This document shows, in pieces, positions 54,816 to 64,000 of a stretch of DNA of 64,000 nucleotides; the first letter of the stretch is position 1, and each line of letters opens with the position of its first letter. The DNA lies in IMG/VR virus record IMGVR_UViG_3300037466_001335, positions 1-64,000 of that record. The stretch is one strand, 5' to 3'. The notes under the pieces are model-generated. The model was not told where the DNA came from. It made no database searches and saw nothing but the letters and a program-made list of their open reading frames with translations. The position numbers and the translations under genes were made by a program. The stretch comes from a virus (taxonomy: Duplodnaviria > Caudoviricetes).

Positions 54816-56756
54816 GTGGGGATTTTTGCGGCAGATATTGAAACGACTGGGTTGTTGGAACAGATGCAGAAGCAGGCCAACCCAAAGCTGCACAACTTCT
54901 GCGCGATTGACATTGATACGCCCCACACTATTCTTTTTGAGGGGCATCAGCGAAAAGACTTGCAAGAGTTTCTGAATGCAGGGCACACGCTTGTTATGCA
55001 TAATGGCAAGCTGTTCGACATGGAAGCACTCAAGCTTTTTGGCTATGATGTGTCCCGTGTGAATCTTATCGACTCACTTGCGCTTAGCTGGTATCTTGAG
55101 CCTAATCGCATGAAGCATGGCTTGGCGGAATACGGGGAAGAGTTTGGCGTACCGAAGCCTGAGATTGAAGATTGGGAGAATCAGACGCAGGAAGAGTATA
55201 ACCATCGTGTAACTGAAGACTGCAAGATTCAAAAGAAGCTGTGGCAGCGTCAAGTGGCGAAGCTGAATGTGTTGTATGGCAAAGAGCCTGATGCACACAA
55301 GAAAATTATTGCCTACCTGATGCAGAAGATGGAGGAGTTTCGCCAACAGCAGGAAAACCGCTGGACGCTGGATGTAGAGGCTGCGGAGAAGCTTCAGGCA
55401 GAGCTTGAGAAGGCTATTGAGGAGAAGACTGAGGCGTTGCGTCAAGTAATGCCGAAGGTGCCAGAGTATGTTGTGCGAAAGCGGCCTGCGCAGCCATACA
55501 AAAAGAATGGTGAACTTTCTGAGGCTGGCAAACGTTGGATGGAAATTACGAATGCTGCTGGATTTGATTTATCGCACACCGAAGATATCAAGGTTGTGAA
55601 GGACTGGAAAATTGGCAACCCTGCATCACATTCCCAGATTAAAGCGTGGCTGGATAGCTTGGGATGGGAGCCCATCACCTTCAAGTTCATTCGTGGTGAA
55701 AATGGTGAGCCGGATCGCAACATCCCTCAGATCAACCTGAAGGGCGGCGAGATTTGCCAATCTGTGAAGGATTTGATTCCGAAGTGTGCAGGTATTGAAC
55801 ACATTGCAGGTTTGGGTATTCTCAATCACAGGCTTGGTGTTGTGAAGGGGTTCTTGCGGGATCACATTGATGGCGAGCTAACAGCGCGTATGCAAGGCTT
55901 TACCAATACGCTCAGGGTGCAACATCGCGAAATCGTGAATCTGCCGAGTTTGCGCGTCAAGTATGGTGAGGAACTTCGAGGTTTGCTGATGGCACGCCCT
56001 GGGATGAAGCTGCTTGGCTCGGACGAATCGTCGTTAGAGGACCGCCTCAAACACCATTTCCAATGGAAGCTTGACCCGGAGTATGTCAAATCTCAGATGA
56101 CTAAAGGTTTTGATCCGCACAACACAATTGCTGTGATTGCAGGATTGATGACCCAAGCTGATGCAGACTGGTATTCGCAATACAAAGCGCTTCCAAAGAA
56201 CGAGCACACGGAAGGGGGTGATAAGAAGTTTGAGAAGATTGATGCTGTTCGTGCTGTTGGCAAAAGTACTAACTACGCGTGTCAGTACGGGGCAGGGGCT
56301 GCAACAATTGCTCGCACTGCGAAAGTTAGCATGGCGGTTGCTAAGAAGTTGCACGCCGCGTACCACAAGATGAACTGGTCAATTGCTAAGATCGCTAGTA
56401 TGATGGTTGTTAAGAAGACTGATTTTGGCGACTGGCAGCTTAACCCCATCAACAAGATGTGGTATTCCCTGCGCTCTGACAAGGATAGGTTCTCTACGCT
56501 GATTCAAGGTACTGGCGCCTACACGTTGGACTTGTGGCTTTACCACTGCGAGCGGCTTGCCAAGCAACGTGGTTTGCATTGGAAACTGTTGGGGCAAATG
56601 CACGACGAACTGATCGCCGAAGTGCCAGAGGGTGAAGAGGAAGTTTACCGCACGCTTGTTGCAGATGCTATGGGCAAGGTAAACGATCAACTGAAGCTTA
56701 ACAGGGAGCTTGCATGCGATATTAATTTTGGAGATAGGTATAGTGACATCCACTAA
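54816..56756 (+). CDS. DNA polymerase, family A, with 3'-5' exonuclease
   Basis: ExoI DIET, HNGKLFD; motif A GSDESSLE, motif B R...KSTNYACQYG, motif C MHDE. Confidence 0.93.
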   Translation: MGIFAADIETTGLLEQMQKQANPKLHNFCAIDIDTPHTILFEGHQRKDLQEFLNAGHTLVMHNGKLFDMEALKLFGYDVSRVNLIDSLALSWYLEPNRMKHGLAEYGEEFGVPKPEIEDWENQTQEEYNHRVTEDCKIQKKLWQRQVAKLNVLYGKEPDAHKKIIAYLMQKMEEFRQQQENRWTLDVEAAEKLQAELEKAIEEKTEALRQVMPKVPEYVVRKRPAQPYKKNGELSEAGKRWMEITNAAGFDLSHTEDIKVVKDWKIGNPASHSQIKAWLDSLGWEPITFKFIRGENGEPDRNIPQINLKGGEICQSVKDLIPKCAGIEHIAGLGILNHRLGVVKGFLRDHIDGELTARMQGFTNTLRVQHREIVNLPSLRVKYGEELRGLLMARPGMKLLGSDESSLEDRLKHHFQWKLDPEYVKSQMTKGFDPHNTIAVIAGLMTQADADWYSQYKALPKNEHTEGGDKKFEKIDAVRAVGKSTNYACQYGAGAATIARTAKVSMAVAKKLHAAYHKMNWSIAKIASMMVVKKTDFGDWQLNPINKMWYSLRSDKDRFSTLIQGTGAYTLDLWLYHCERLAKQRGLHWKLLGQMHDELIAEVPEGEEEVYRTLVADAMGKVNDQLKLNRELACDINFGDRYSDIH

Positions 56757-57327
56757 GAATTTTAACAGAGACTTAGAAGGTCTTGATGAATTGTTTTACT
56801 ACGACTCTTCCAGCCCAACAGGGTTGAGAAGGAAAACAGATTGGCGATCTGGTAGAAAGCTTGCCACAGTTAGGGCCAAAGTGGGTGACCCAACAGGCAG
56901 TGCTGGAAAAGATTATTATGCTGTCTACGACGGCTCAAAACTTATTCTGGCACATGTTGTTATTTGGATTTTAGAAATGGGTCCGATACCTGATGGGTAC
57001 GTTGTAGACCACATTGATGGTGATGGCTTTAATAACAACATCTCAAATCTGAGGTGCATTAAAGAAAGGCTAAACGCCCAAAACATGAGAAAAATGTCTT
57101 CAAATTCTTCTGGTGTTTGTGGGGTGCACTACCGGGACGGGGAAGGTGAATATCCAAGATGGCTGGCGCAGTGCTACAACCTTGAAAACAAGAGGTTGAG
57201 CAAGTCTTTTAGTGTAAAAAAGTATGGCTACGACGAAGCTTTCCGCCTAGCATGCGAATATCGTGCTAAAATGATTGAAGAACTTAACGCACAAGGTGCA
57301 GGATACACTGAACGACATGGTACGTAA
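56743..57327 (+). CDS. HNH homing endonuclease
   Basis: LAHVVIW...VVDHIDGDGFNNNISNLR; AP2-like GVCGVH...KSFSVKKYG. Confidence 0.85.
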   Translation: MTSTKNFNRDLEGLDELFYYDSSSPTGLRRKTDWRSGRKLATVRAKVGDPTGSAGKDYYAVYDGSKLILAHVVIWILEMGPIPDGYVVDHIDGDGFNNNISNLRCIKERLNAQNMRKMSSNSSGVCGVHYRDGEGEYPRWLAQCYNLENKRLSKSFSVKKYGYDEAFRLACEYRAKMIEELNAQGAGYTERHGT

Positions 57328-57330
57328 CAA

Positions 57331-57525
57331 ATGAAATCCAAATATTATTTCGAAGGCCGTGCAGCCTACTCTCGCGGCATCACCACCAACCCTTACACGA
57401 ACGGAGATGACGAACGTGCAGCAGAACACTGGCAAGACGGCTTCGACGCCTGCGAACAAGAGTTTTTCGACAACGAATACGTCACCAACGTTCGGAGCAG
57501 GAATGTACAGTGGTCGTATGAATGA
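57331..57525 (+). CDS. Hypothetical protein
   Basis: EGRAAY...NPY...WQDGF motif. Confidence 0.55.
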   Translation: MKSKYYFEGRAAYSRGITTNPYTNGDDERAAEHWQDGFDACEQEFFDNEYVTNVRSRNVQWSYE

Positions 57526-57588
57526 GCGGGATGTGGCTTGGAATGGGCATACTTGGCAAAAAGTACCAAACAAATATTTTGAGGACTA

Positions 57589-58080
57589 ATGATGGACGAC
57601 AGACGCTACAACGGGAAGTACGACGCTCTGAGAATTATCGACGAAACTCTTCCACCACAATCTGCTGCCAAGTTTCACCACGGAAGTCGTAAACCGTATG
57701 ACTACGAGCAACCTGTATTGGACGTAGCAAAAGCTGCTATGGCAGAAGTTGGCGGGTTTAGGAATGTCACACAGGAGAAGATTATGAAAGCAACTTATAT
57801 CAACCTGCCATACTGGCCTTTCGATGTCGAAGAAGGGTTGATGCGACGAATTCAAGAAGTCAATTCTTGGTTTGGTCGTTGGCTACCTTCAAAACCACTA
57901 TTCCGTGTAGCTTTGACGAATGATCAATGGCCAGATTTGACGACTAAGAATGAAGCCCGTGCAATGTTCACTTTCTTTGTCAGAAATGATGACGAAGTGC
58001 ACCCTACATTACCGCCTGACGGTGGCGAGTACGAGCAGTGGATTCAGATTGCTAACGTGCTGTTCTTTGTGGAGAAGTAG
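57589..58080 (+). CDS. Hypothetical protein
   Basis: GAGG RBS. Confidence 0.6.
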   Translation: MMDDRRYNGKYDALRIIDETLPPQSAAKFHHGSRKPYDYEQPVLDVAKAAMAEVGGFRNVTQEKIMKATYINLPYWPFDVEEGLMRRIQEVNSWFGRWLPSKPLFRVALTNDQWPDLTTKNEARAMFTFFVRNDDEVHPTLPPDGGEYEQWIQIANVLFFVEK

Positions 58081-58256
58081 AATGATCCCTCAAACAGAAA
58101 AATTAGAATACGCCGGAAAGAAGTACGAACTGCGTTCAGATTGTTTTGGATGCGATTTGTACAGCATTTCCGACGATGGCACAGCAACAGCTATGCACTA
58201 TCCTGCAAACTGGATTAGCATCGAAGATTTCTTGAAACTTAAACACCTGAACGAAA

Positions 58257-58691
58257 ATGGTATCTCGCCATAAACCTACACGAGAGCAACGAGCAGCCAC
58301 ACATGCTGCAACTGACGCAGACTATACTATCTTAGCACAACACGTTGTCTCAGCAGTTATTGCAAAGTGCCGAGATATCGTAATCCGCTTCCCTTATTTT
58401 GTGGCGCTTCCTGATGATTGGCCTCGCGGGATTCTTGTGAAGCGTGACGAATCCTATAATTACTACCGTGTTAAGGTCTTCAAGGCAGCGGATTGGATGT
58501 TTAAGCATGGGTATCTACAACAGGATGCCAAGGGGCTTGTCAAGAGCATGCGCAGCGTCGTTAACATGACAGGCGAAGCCGACAGACTTCTTACAACACC
58601 TGAGCAAGAATTCTTAAAAGGCAGTAAGATTTCTGTTGACAACGACGAAGCGAATCTGTATAATTCTACATCTGAAACTACGGAGGAATGA
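58257..58691 (+). CDS. Conserved hypothetical phage protein
   Basis: FPYFVALPDDWPRG motif; internal TTGACA-17-TATAAT at 58636-58664. Confidence 0.6.
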   Translation: MVSRHKPTREQRAATHAATDADYTILAQHVVSAVIAKCRDIVIRFPYFVALPDDWPRGILVKRDESYNYYRVKVFKAADWMFKHGYLQQDAKGLVKSMRSVVNMTGEADRLLTTPEQEFLKGSKISVDNDEANLYNSTSETTEE

Positions 58692-58897
58692 TGACGAAAC
58701 AAGAAATTGTACGGGAATTGTACCTTATGCGAGACAACAAGGACCGGCTTCTGTACGCATTGCACCAGCAAGAAGCTGAGATTACTAAGTATGAAGAGAT
58801 GCTAAAAAAGATGAAACAACTGGAGGCAGAGTGAATGAATTATCGTATCGCCTAATGCTTGTAAAAATCGGCTTTCTGCTACTATGGGAGAATATTC

Positions 58898-59146
58898 TTG
58901 ACCTATTCCGACAAGCCTAATTTCTATGTGCGACGTATCAATCTTCGTGGCCTTGAGCTTGACGTAGAGTTTCGATTCTATCAAGGCATCCCTGCCACGA
59001 ACGATGAGCCAGAGTCGCCTGAAGAGTTAATGATTGAAGCTGTGTTTCTTGATGAGCATGACATAATCCACCTCATCGGGAACAAAACCTTCTTAGAGAT
59101 TGAGAAGGAAATTTATAAATTGTTTGATGATAAAGGAGATGTATGA
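58898..59146 (+). CDS. Hypothetical protein
   Basis: ORF track, tandem. Confidence 0.55.
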   Translation: MTYSDKPNFYVRRINLRGLELDVEFRFYQGIPATNDEPESPEELMIEAVFLDEHDIIHLIGNKTFLEIEKEIYKLFDDKGDV

Positions 59147-59421
59147 AATTATTTGGTAAATTTGTCCTGGGCCTGATTGCAACAGGTTTCCATGCGTTCG
59201 TAATTACGATGCTTTGGAGTTGGTTCGCTGTCGCAACATTTGGCTTGCCTGCTCTGTCCATTGTAGCTGTATTTGGATTTGAACTGTTGGTTAATACGTT
59301 TATGTTCAATCCTTACAAAACTGAAGTGCAAAAGAAAGAAGGCACGCAAGCGTCTCTCGAAATTATCGGCGTGTCTGCATTGACGCTCCTGTCTGGCTTC
59401 CTGCTGCACCTGATGATGTGA
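59143..59421 (+). CDS. Membrane protein
   Basis: Three hydrophobic segments; AGGAG RBS. Confidence 0.6.
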   Translation: MKLFGKFVLGLIATGFHAFVITMLWSWFAVATFGLPALSIVAVFGFELLVNTFMFNPYKTEVQKKEGTQASLEIIGVSALTLLSGFLLHLMM

Positions 59422-59427
59422 GGACAC

Positions 59428-59625
59428 ATGTTCATTTTCTATATCGTAAGCTGTGTATTAGCCCTTCTGTTTGTGCTGAGCAATCTTCACTTTGCTGATA
59501 ACAAGCTAAATTGGAAGCAGACTATTTGTTGTGTTGTAGCTAGTCTGACTCCTGTTGTAAACACTGTGTTTGTTATTCTTCTGATTGTTGTGGCTTACAA
59601 GATGGCTAAGGCGGAAGCGGGTTGA
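59428..59625 (+). CDS. Small membrane protein
   Basis: Two hydrophobic helices. Confidence 0.55.
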   Translation: MFIFYIVSCVLALLFVLSNLHFADNKLNWKQTICCVVASLTPVVNTVFVILLIVVAYKMAKAEAG

Positions 59626-59708
59626 ATGCTGTAAATGCGTCCTGCATTCTCAGGACAAAGCCTGCGCTGGCTTAGCGCAATTTAATTTAACTTAAAAGGA
59701 AATACAAA

Positions 59709-60740
59709 TTGAAACCACGTAATATTAATGCTCCTGCACGTAACACCGAAAACTCTGAACAAAAAGCATACGTGCCCATCCTCCCTGAAGATGGTTTGGT
59801 TGCTGTTCAAGTGGGCCTTCTCGTTGATCTGGGTAGCCACAAAAAGCTGCCTAAGTTTGCCAAAGACAATGCTGGTAATCGTGAAAAAGACGAAGACACC
59901 GGAGAAGACAAAATCCTGTGGCCCAAAGATGGCGCTGTAGAGCAGAAAATTGCATGCTACATTGATCTGCTGGACCAGACTCATGACTACGAAGGTGACA
60001 TTGGTGTGAAGAACATTCGTCTACCGCTACACCCTGTCAATCGTGGCATGTCGGATGGTCTGAACTTCACTACTGTTGCTCCACGTGATCCGAAGACGAA
60101 TGCGTACATCAAGGGTCGTCCGTGGATTCTTGCAGGTACGTCCAACTTCTATAAGATTGCTGGTGTGACGAAGTATGAAGACGGTACGAAAGTTAGTGAT
60201 GTTATCTTCAAGGCAGACTATAAGAATGCTAAGCTGAATGACATCTCGCAACTGCTCGGCAAGCCGTTCATGTTCAATCTGGAAGTGAAGGTGCAAGAGA
60301 AGGACGACAAGAAGTTTGTCAACACCAAACTCAAGTCGCCTGTGCCGCTGATGAAGGGCATGAAGCCTGCTGATCCTCTGATGCCTGCAATTTCGGTCAA
60401 CTTTGACGACGAAGACCTGCTGGAAGAAAAGGAAGAACTGGGCGGTGTAGCTAAGTTCGACTTGCTCCGTCTTGCTGATTTGCGTAAGATTGTTCTGGCT
60501 GAAGAGTACGCGGGCTCGAAGATGCAAGAAGCTGTGATTGAGCGAAATGGCAAAGATGGTGAGAAAGAAATCATCGCCAAGGCCAAGGAGATCGCAGAGA
60601 AGATTGTTGAAGGTGACAAAGACCTGCAAGAAATCTTTGCTAAGTATCCGAATGGTAAGCCGGGTGTTGAAGGCGAAGCTGCTCCAGTGGCACAGCCGAA
60701 GGCTCCTGACTTTGATGATATCGAAGATACGCCGTTTTAG
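59709..60740 (+). CDS. Putative single-stranded DNA-binding protein
   Basis: Replication cluster; acidic tail DFDDIEDTPF; LIDLG/QLLGKPF-type pattern; highly expressed codon usage. Confidence 0.6.
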   Translation: MKPRNINAPARNTENSEQKAYVPILPEDGLVAVQVGLLVDLGSHKKLPKFAKDNAGNREKDEDTGEDKILWPKDGAVEQKIACYIDLLDQTHDYEGDIGVKNIRLPLHPVNRGMSDGLNFTTVAPRDPKTNAYIKGRPWILAGTSNFYKIAGVTKYEDGTKVSDVIFKADYKNAKLNDISQLLGKPFMFNLEVKVQEKDDKKFVNTKLKSPVPLMKGMKPADPLMPAISVNFDDEDLLEEKEELGGVAKFDLLRLADLRKIVLAEEYAGSKMQEAVIERNGKDGEKEIIAKAKEIAEKIVEGDKDLQEIFAKYPNGKPGVEGEAAPVAQPKAPDFDDIEDTPF

Positions 60741-60747
60741 GATGTAG

Positions 60748-61287
60748 ATGGAGACGCCGGTCACTAAGGCATGCTTTAAGTGCGGAGAGACTAAACCCCT
60801 CTCCGACTTTTACAAGCACTCAGAAATGGCAGATGGTCACGTCAACAAATGTAAGGAATGTAATAAACTAGACGTTAGAAGTAATCGTAAAAAGCGCGAA
60901 GACTATTACAATGCTTATGACAGGTTGAGAAGTACAAAACCTGAACGTAAAGAGTATCGTAAAAAGAACGAGCAAAAGCCCGAAAGAAAGGCCAAGATAC
61001 AGGCTTATAAAAGGGTATGGCACTCTGAATACGATATGAAAAAGAAGGCGGCAACGACCGCAGTTGGGAATGCTTTGCGCGACGGTAAGTTGGAAAAGTG
61101 GCCGTGTTGGGTTTGTGGAACTACTGAAAACATAGAAGGTCATCATGTTCACTATGATATGCCTCTAGACGTGATTTGGCTGTGCACAAAACATCATGCA
61201 GAGGTTCACCGTGACTACGATCACGAACAAGACATTATTCTGCTTGAAACCACAGAAAAAGGCAGTCGTTGGAAACAAGACGACTGA
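60748..61287 (+). CDS. Zn-binding HNH-like protein
   Basis: CFKC...CKEC N-terminus; CWVCG...EGHHVHYDMPLDVIWLCTKHH. Confidence 0.7.
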   Translation: METPVTKACFKCGETKPLSDFYKHSEMADGHVNKCKECNKLDVRSNRKKREDYYNAYDRLRSTKPERKEYRKKNEQKPERKAKIQAYKRVWHSEYDMKKKAATTAVGNALRDGKLEKWPCWVCGTTENIEGHHVHYDMPLDVIWLCTKHHAEVHRDYDHEQDIILLETTEKGSRWKQDD

Positions 61288-61334
61288 CATACGCCCTACT
61301 CCGAGATGGGTGGGGCTTTTCTTTTAGGGACATT

Positions 61335-62294
61335 ATGAAGACAATTGCAATTGTTGACGCAGATATTCTCGCCTTCAGGTGCAGTGCTGCAAATGCGACA
61401 CGTAGTATCCGAGCAACACATAAGATGTCGGGCCAAGTAATTGAGTGCCCGCACCGTACAGCCCTTAAAGAACAGATCAAAGGCGCTTTTGAGTTGGACG
61501 AATTCGATATAGAAGATGTGCAAACCGCAGCAGATATAAGTTTTGCCTTCAATGCAATGAACACTTGCCTAAAAGCGTGGAAACAAAGTGTCGGCGCAAG
61601 CTCGGTTGAGTTATACATTAGCGGCGAGAATAACTTTAGGGATTACTTGCCGCTTCCGACAAAGTATAAAAGCAATCGTTCAGGAATCAAGCCTGTTCAA
61701 CTACAAGAATGCCGTCAATACCTTATTGAACGTAAGAAGGCTGTCGTGGTTAATGGCAAAGAAGTTGACGACCATCTTGCACAACGTTGTTATGAGGGCT
61801 TAAAGCAGGGTATCAAAACAGTCGCAGTTACAAATGATGGCGACCAGAATGGAGTGGCAGGCTGGATGTACAACTGGACTAAGATGAATGAGCCAAAGCT
61901 TATTTGCGGTTTGGGCGACATATGGTTGAATGACGAACGAAATGATTTCGACGGACATGGGCGGAAATTTTTTTATGCTCAGTGGCTATACGGAGACTGG
62001 AACGTTGATCGTTTCAAACCTGCCGAGTTGTCCGGGAAGAAGTTTGGTGTGGTGGCTATGTACAACATTCTTAAAGATTGTAATACGGACAAGGAATGTG
62101 TGCAGGCTGTTTACAACCAGTACTCAAAGTGGTATCCTGAGCCTGTAACATACACAGCGTGGGACGGCGCTGAACACACTAAAGATGTTATCGAAATTAT
62201 GGATATGTATGCTGCTTGCGCACACATGAAGAGGTTCGACGGAGACGTTTTTGACACTCGTAAGCTTCTTAACAAACTGGAGATTGAAGTATGA
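61335..62294 (+). CDS. 5'-3' exonuclease (T7 gp6/T5 D15-like)
   Basis: VDADILAF, NFRDY...YKSNR, EVDD, DGDQ, LYGDWNVD; start refined to MKTIAI. Confidence 0.85.
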   Translation: MKTIAIVDADILAFRCSAANATRSIRATHKMSGQVIECPHRTALKEQIKGAFELDEFDIEDVQTAADISFAFNAMNTCLKAWKQSVGASSVELYISGENNFRDYLPLPTKYKSNRSGIKPVQLQECRQYLIERKKAVVVNGKEVDDHLAQRCYEGLKQGIKTVAVTNDGDQNGVAGWMYNWTKMNEPKLICGLGDIWLNDERNDFDGHGRKFFYAQWLYGDWNVDRFKPAELSGKKFGVVAMYNILKDCNTDKECVQAVYNQYSKWYPEPVTYTAWDGAEHTKDVIEIMDMYAACAHMKRFDGDVFDTRKLLNKLEIEV

Positions 62295-62491
62295 CTAAGG
62301 GAATCGTCTTTGCAGAGCCTGTTCGCTACATGGTGATTGCTACGTGGTATGGCTACAAAATCCTCGACACACTCACTGAAGGCTTCAAAACTGTTAAGCG
62401 CTTTGTAGACTACGACAACGAAGCCCACCTTCGTGCTCATGACTACGCAAGGGAACTGAATATCAAGGAGGGGTATGTCTATTGGTACTAA
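62291..62491 (+). CDS. Hypothetical protein
   Basis: Coupled ORF. Confidence 0.5.
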   Translation: MTKGIVFAEPVRYMVIATWYGYKILDTLTEGFKTVKRFVDYDNEAHLRAHDYARELNIKEGYVYWY

Positions 62492-63020
62492 AGAAGCTTG
62501 GGAGTCTTACCCTGAAATCTGGCCTGATGAGAAAGCCTTCATGTTGTATTTGCGAGGGGCTTTCCGTTCTGTGTGGAGTCGCTACCCTGCCAAGTTAGAG
62601 TGGAAGAAGCGCCAAATGACCCCCCCGCCAGCGGGATACACAGGACGTGCTAAGAATGTTGGGTACTGTGCATTCTGTGGCAAGATGGGATCAGCATCCT
62701 CCTTTGAAGTGGACCACATAGACCAAGCAGGCTCTTTCGGCAACAAGGAAGAAGCTGTGCAGTGGTTCTGGAGGTTGCTAGACACAAACGACAACTGGCA
62801 GCTTGCGTGCAAACCTTGCCACAAAACTAAATCTTACGCTGACAGGATGGGGATTAGTTTTGAAGATGCAAGCGTAGAGAAAGAAGTAATCGCCATTTGC
62901 AAGAAACCTGTCAAAGATGTCAAACAGTTTTGTTACGATTACGGCTACAGTAATGAGCAATTGAGCAATCCAGAGAAACGCCGAATGGCAGTGGAACAAA
63001 TTCTATGCTCTGTAAAATAA
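62475..63020 (+). CDS. Conserved HNH-type endonuclease of the replication cluster
   Basis: LRGAFRSVWSRYP, CAFC, EVDHI, QLACKPCHKTKSY. Confidence 0.8.
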   Translation: MSIGTKEAWESYPEIWPDEKAFMLYLRGAFRSVWSRYPAKLEWKKRQMTPPPAGYTGRAKNVGYCAFCGKMGSASSFEVDHIDQAGSFGNKEEAVQWFWRLLDTNDNWQLACKPCHKTKSYADRMGISFEDASVEKEVIAICKKPVKDVKQFCYDYGYSNEQLSNPEKRRMAVEQILCSVK

Positions 63021-63083
63021 GGCTTGCAATGGCACAACAACTTGTGTAGAATACGTTCTACAACATTCTTAAGGAGAAAGCAG

Positions 63084-63278
63084 ATGGGTGATTTTGGATT
63101 TATCACTGAGTCAAGCTGTGATTATGACGTGTACATCTATGACGAGTGGAACGACGGAAACATATATCTGCACGACACAAGCGGCGGAAGGAGCTACGTC
63201 AATGCGGAAGATATTCCGAAATTGATTAATGCTTTGCAAAAGGCTTACGAATATATCAAACAAAAGGAACAATCATGA
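63084..63278 (+). CDS. Hypothetical protein
   Basis: Promoter TTGCAA-17-TAGAAT upstream; AAGGAG RBS. Confidence 0.6.
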   Translation: MGDFGFITESSCDYDVYIYDEWNDGNIYLHDTSGGRSYVNAEDIPKLINALQKAYEYIKQKEQS

Positions 63279-63463
63279 CCAACGAATTCAGATTCCATTA
63301 CAACGGATTTCGCAGCCTCTACACTGCCAAGCTTCGAGACGATTGGTATCGCGTGTATTTTAATGAAGAGTATGTCGCAGCATTTACGAAGGATGAGATG
63401 AAGCATATGATTGATAGTCAACGTGCACGTATTGTGGAGGAAGATGATGAAGTTGCCGAATAA
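63275..63463 (+). CDS. Hypothetical protein
   Basis: Coupled ORF. Confidence 0.55.
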   Translation: MTNEFRFHYNGFRSLYTAKLRDDWYRVYFNEEYVAAFTKDEMKHMIDSQRARIVEEDDEVAE

Positions 63464-64000
63464 GTTTCAATTTCGTGTGAAGTGCCTACCTGGGTTTACA
63501 CATACCATTTCCAAGAATGCTCACGGTGATTACGAGGTGAAGTGGGCACGAGGGTATCCAAATAAGATTCGTGAAGTCCCTCGTGCGGTGCTTGAAGAGT
63601 GCCGCGTTCACTCCTTGGTTGAGGTTGGCGCGTGGATTGTCGTGAATGACAAGCAGAAGCAAGATGAATTGCCAGATGAGTTTTATTTCAAGCATTCGCA
63701 TTGCCCCGATGACATGCATTTCACGAAACGCTGCGGAGATTTTTATATGACAACGTGGAACTGCGGGACGGAAGAACAACACACAGTTTCCGGTGTCGTA
63801 GATTACGTGAAAAAATTTGGGTGGTGGATTATTCAGGACAAGAAACCTCTCACAGCCGAACAACAACGCCAACTGAACGACTTCAAAGAGCGAATTGCTT
63901 CGCTTGAGCAGTCTATCAAGCTGAATGAGCAGGATGTGGAGCATAAGAGGCGGCTCATTTCAAACTATGAGGCAACGAAGGCAGATTTGCTGAAGAAAAT
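63443..64000 (+). CDS. Hypothetical protein, partial (runs off window end)
   Basis: GGAGG RBS; hand translation MMKLPNKFQFRV... open to 64000 with coiled-coil end. Confidence 0.6.

Noticed and set aside
1-64000. CRISPR array, reverse transcriptase/DGR/retron, IS transposase, rRNA
   Set aside because: No regularly spaced repeat-spacer array, no YxDD RT motif set, and no transposase or rRNA signature seen by eye

Overview
The window is an internal 64-kb piece of a tailed dsDNA phage genome (Caudoviricetes). Its layout resembles Felix O1/Pakpunavirus-type phages: terminase next to tRNAs, PhoH and a ClpP-like gene divergent from the packaging genes, T7-like primase-helicase, family A polymerase, ThyX and an Rnl2-type RNA ligase. 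Four blocks are visible. (1) 1-19003, minus strand: virion fibre cassette, head completion, major capsid, decoration, scaffold, S49 protease, GIY-YIG endonuclease, portal, TerL, three tRNAs amid dense RNA hairpins, and a TerS candidate. (2) 19149-25609, plus strand: PhoH, ClpP-like protein, HD hydrolase, C5 DNA methyltransferase, an HNH protein fused to a resolvase arm, and a serine recombinase. (3) 26486-45612, minus strand: many small early-type genes behind repeated sigma70 promoters, plus RNA ligase and an endonuclease VII-type gene. (4) 45782-64000, plus strand: cell-wall hydrolase, ThyX and the replication genes. The host is probably a betaproteobacterium such as Oxalobacteraceae; this is inference from a PEP-CTERM-like protein, a CTGT-N8-ACAG box and the fibre protein types. 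I saw no CRISPR array, rRNA, reverse transcriptase or tyrosine integrase. The best candidate for an undescribed system is the tandem pair of HNH/resolvase-arm fusion and serine recombinase, together with repeats in the neighbouring non-coding gap, one of which recurs 18.6 kb away at the far end of the early block. Other leads are the structured RNA elements among the tRNAs and the phage-borne PEP-CTERM-like protein. All calls come from reading the sequence by eye; no searches were run.
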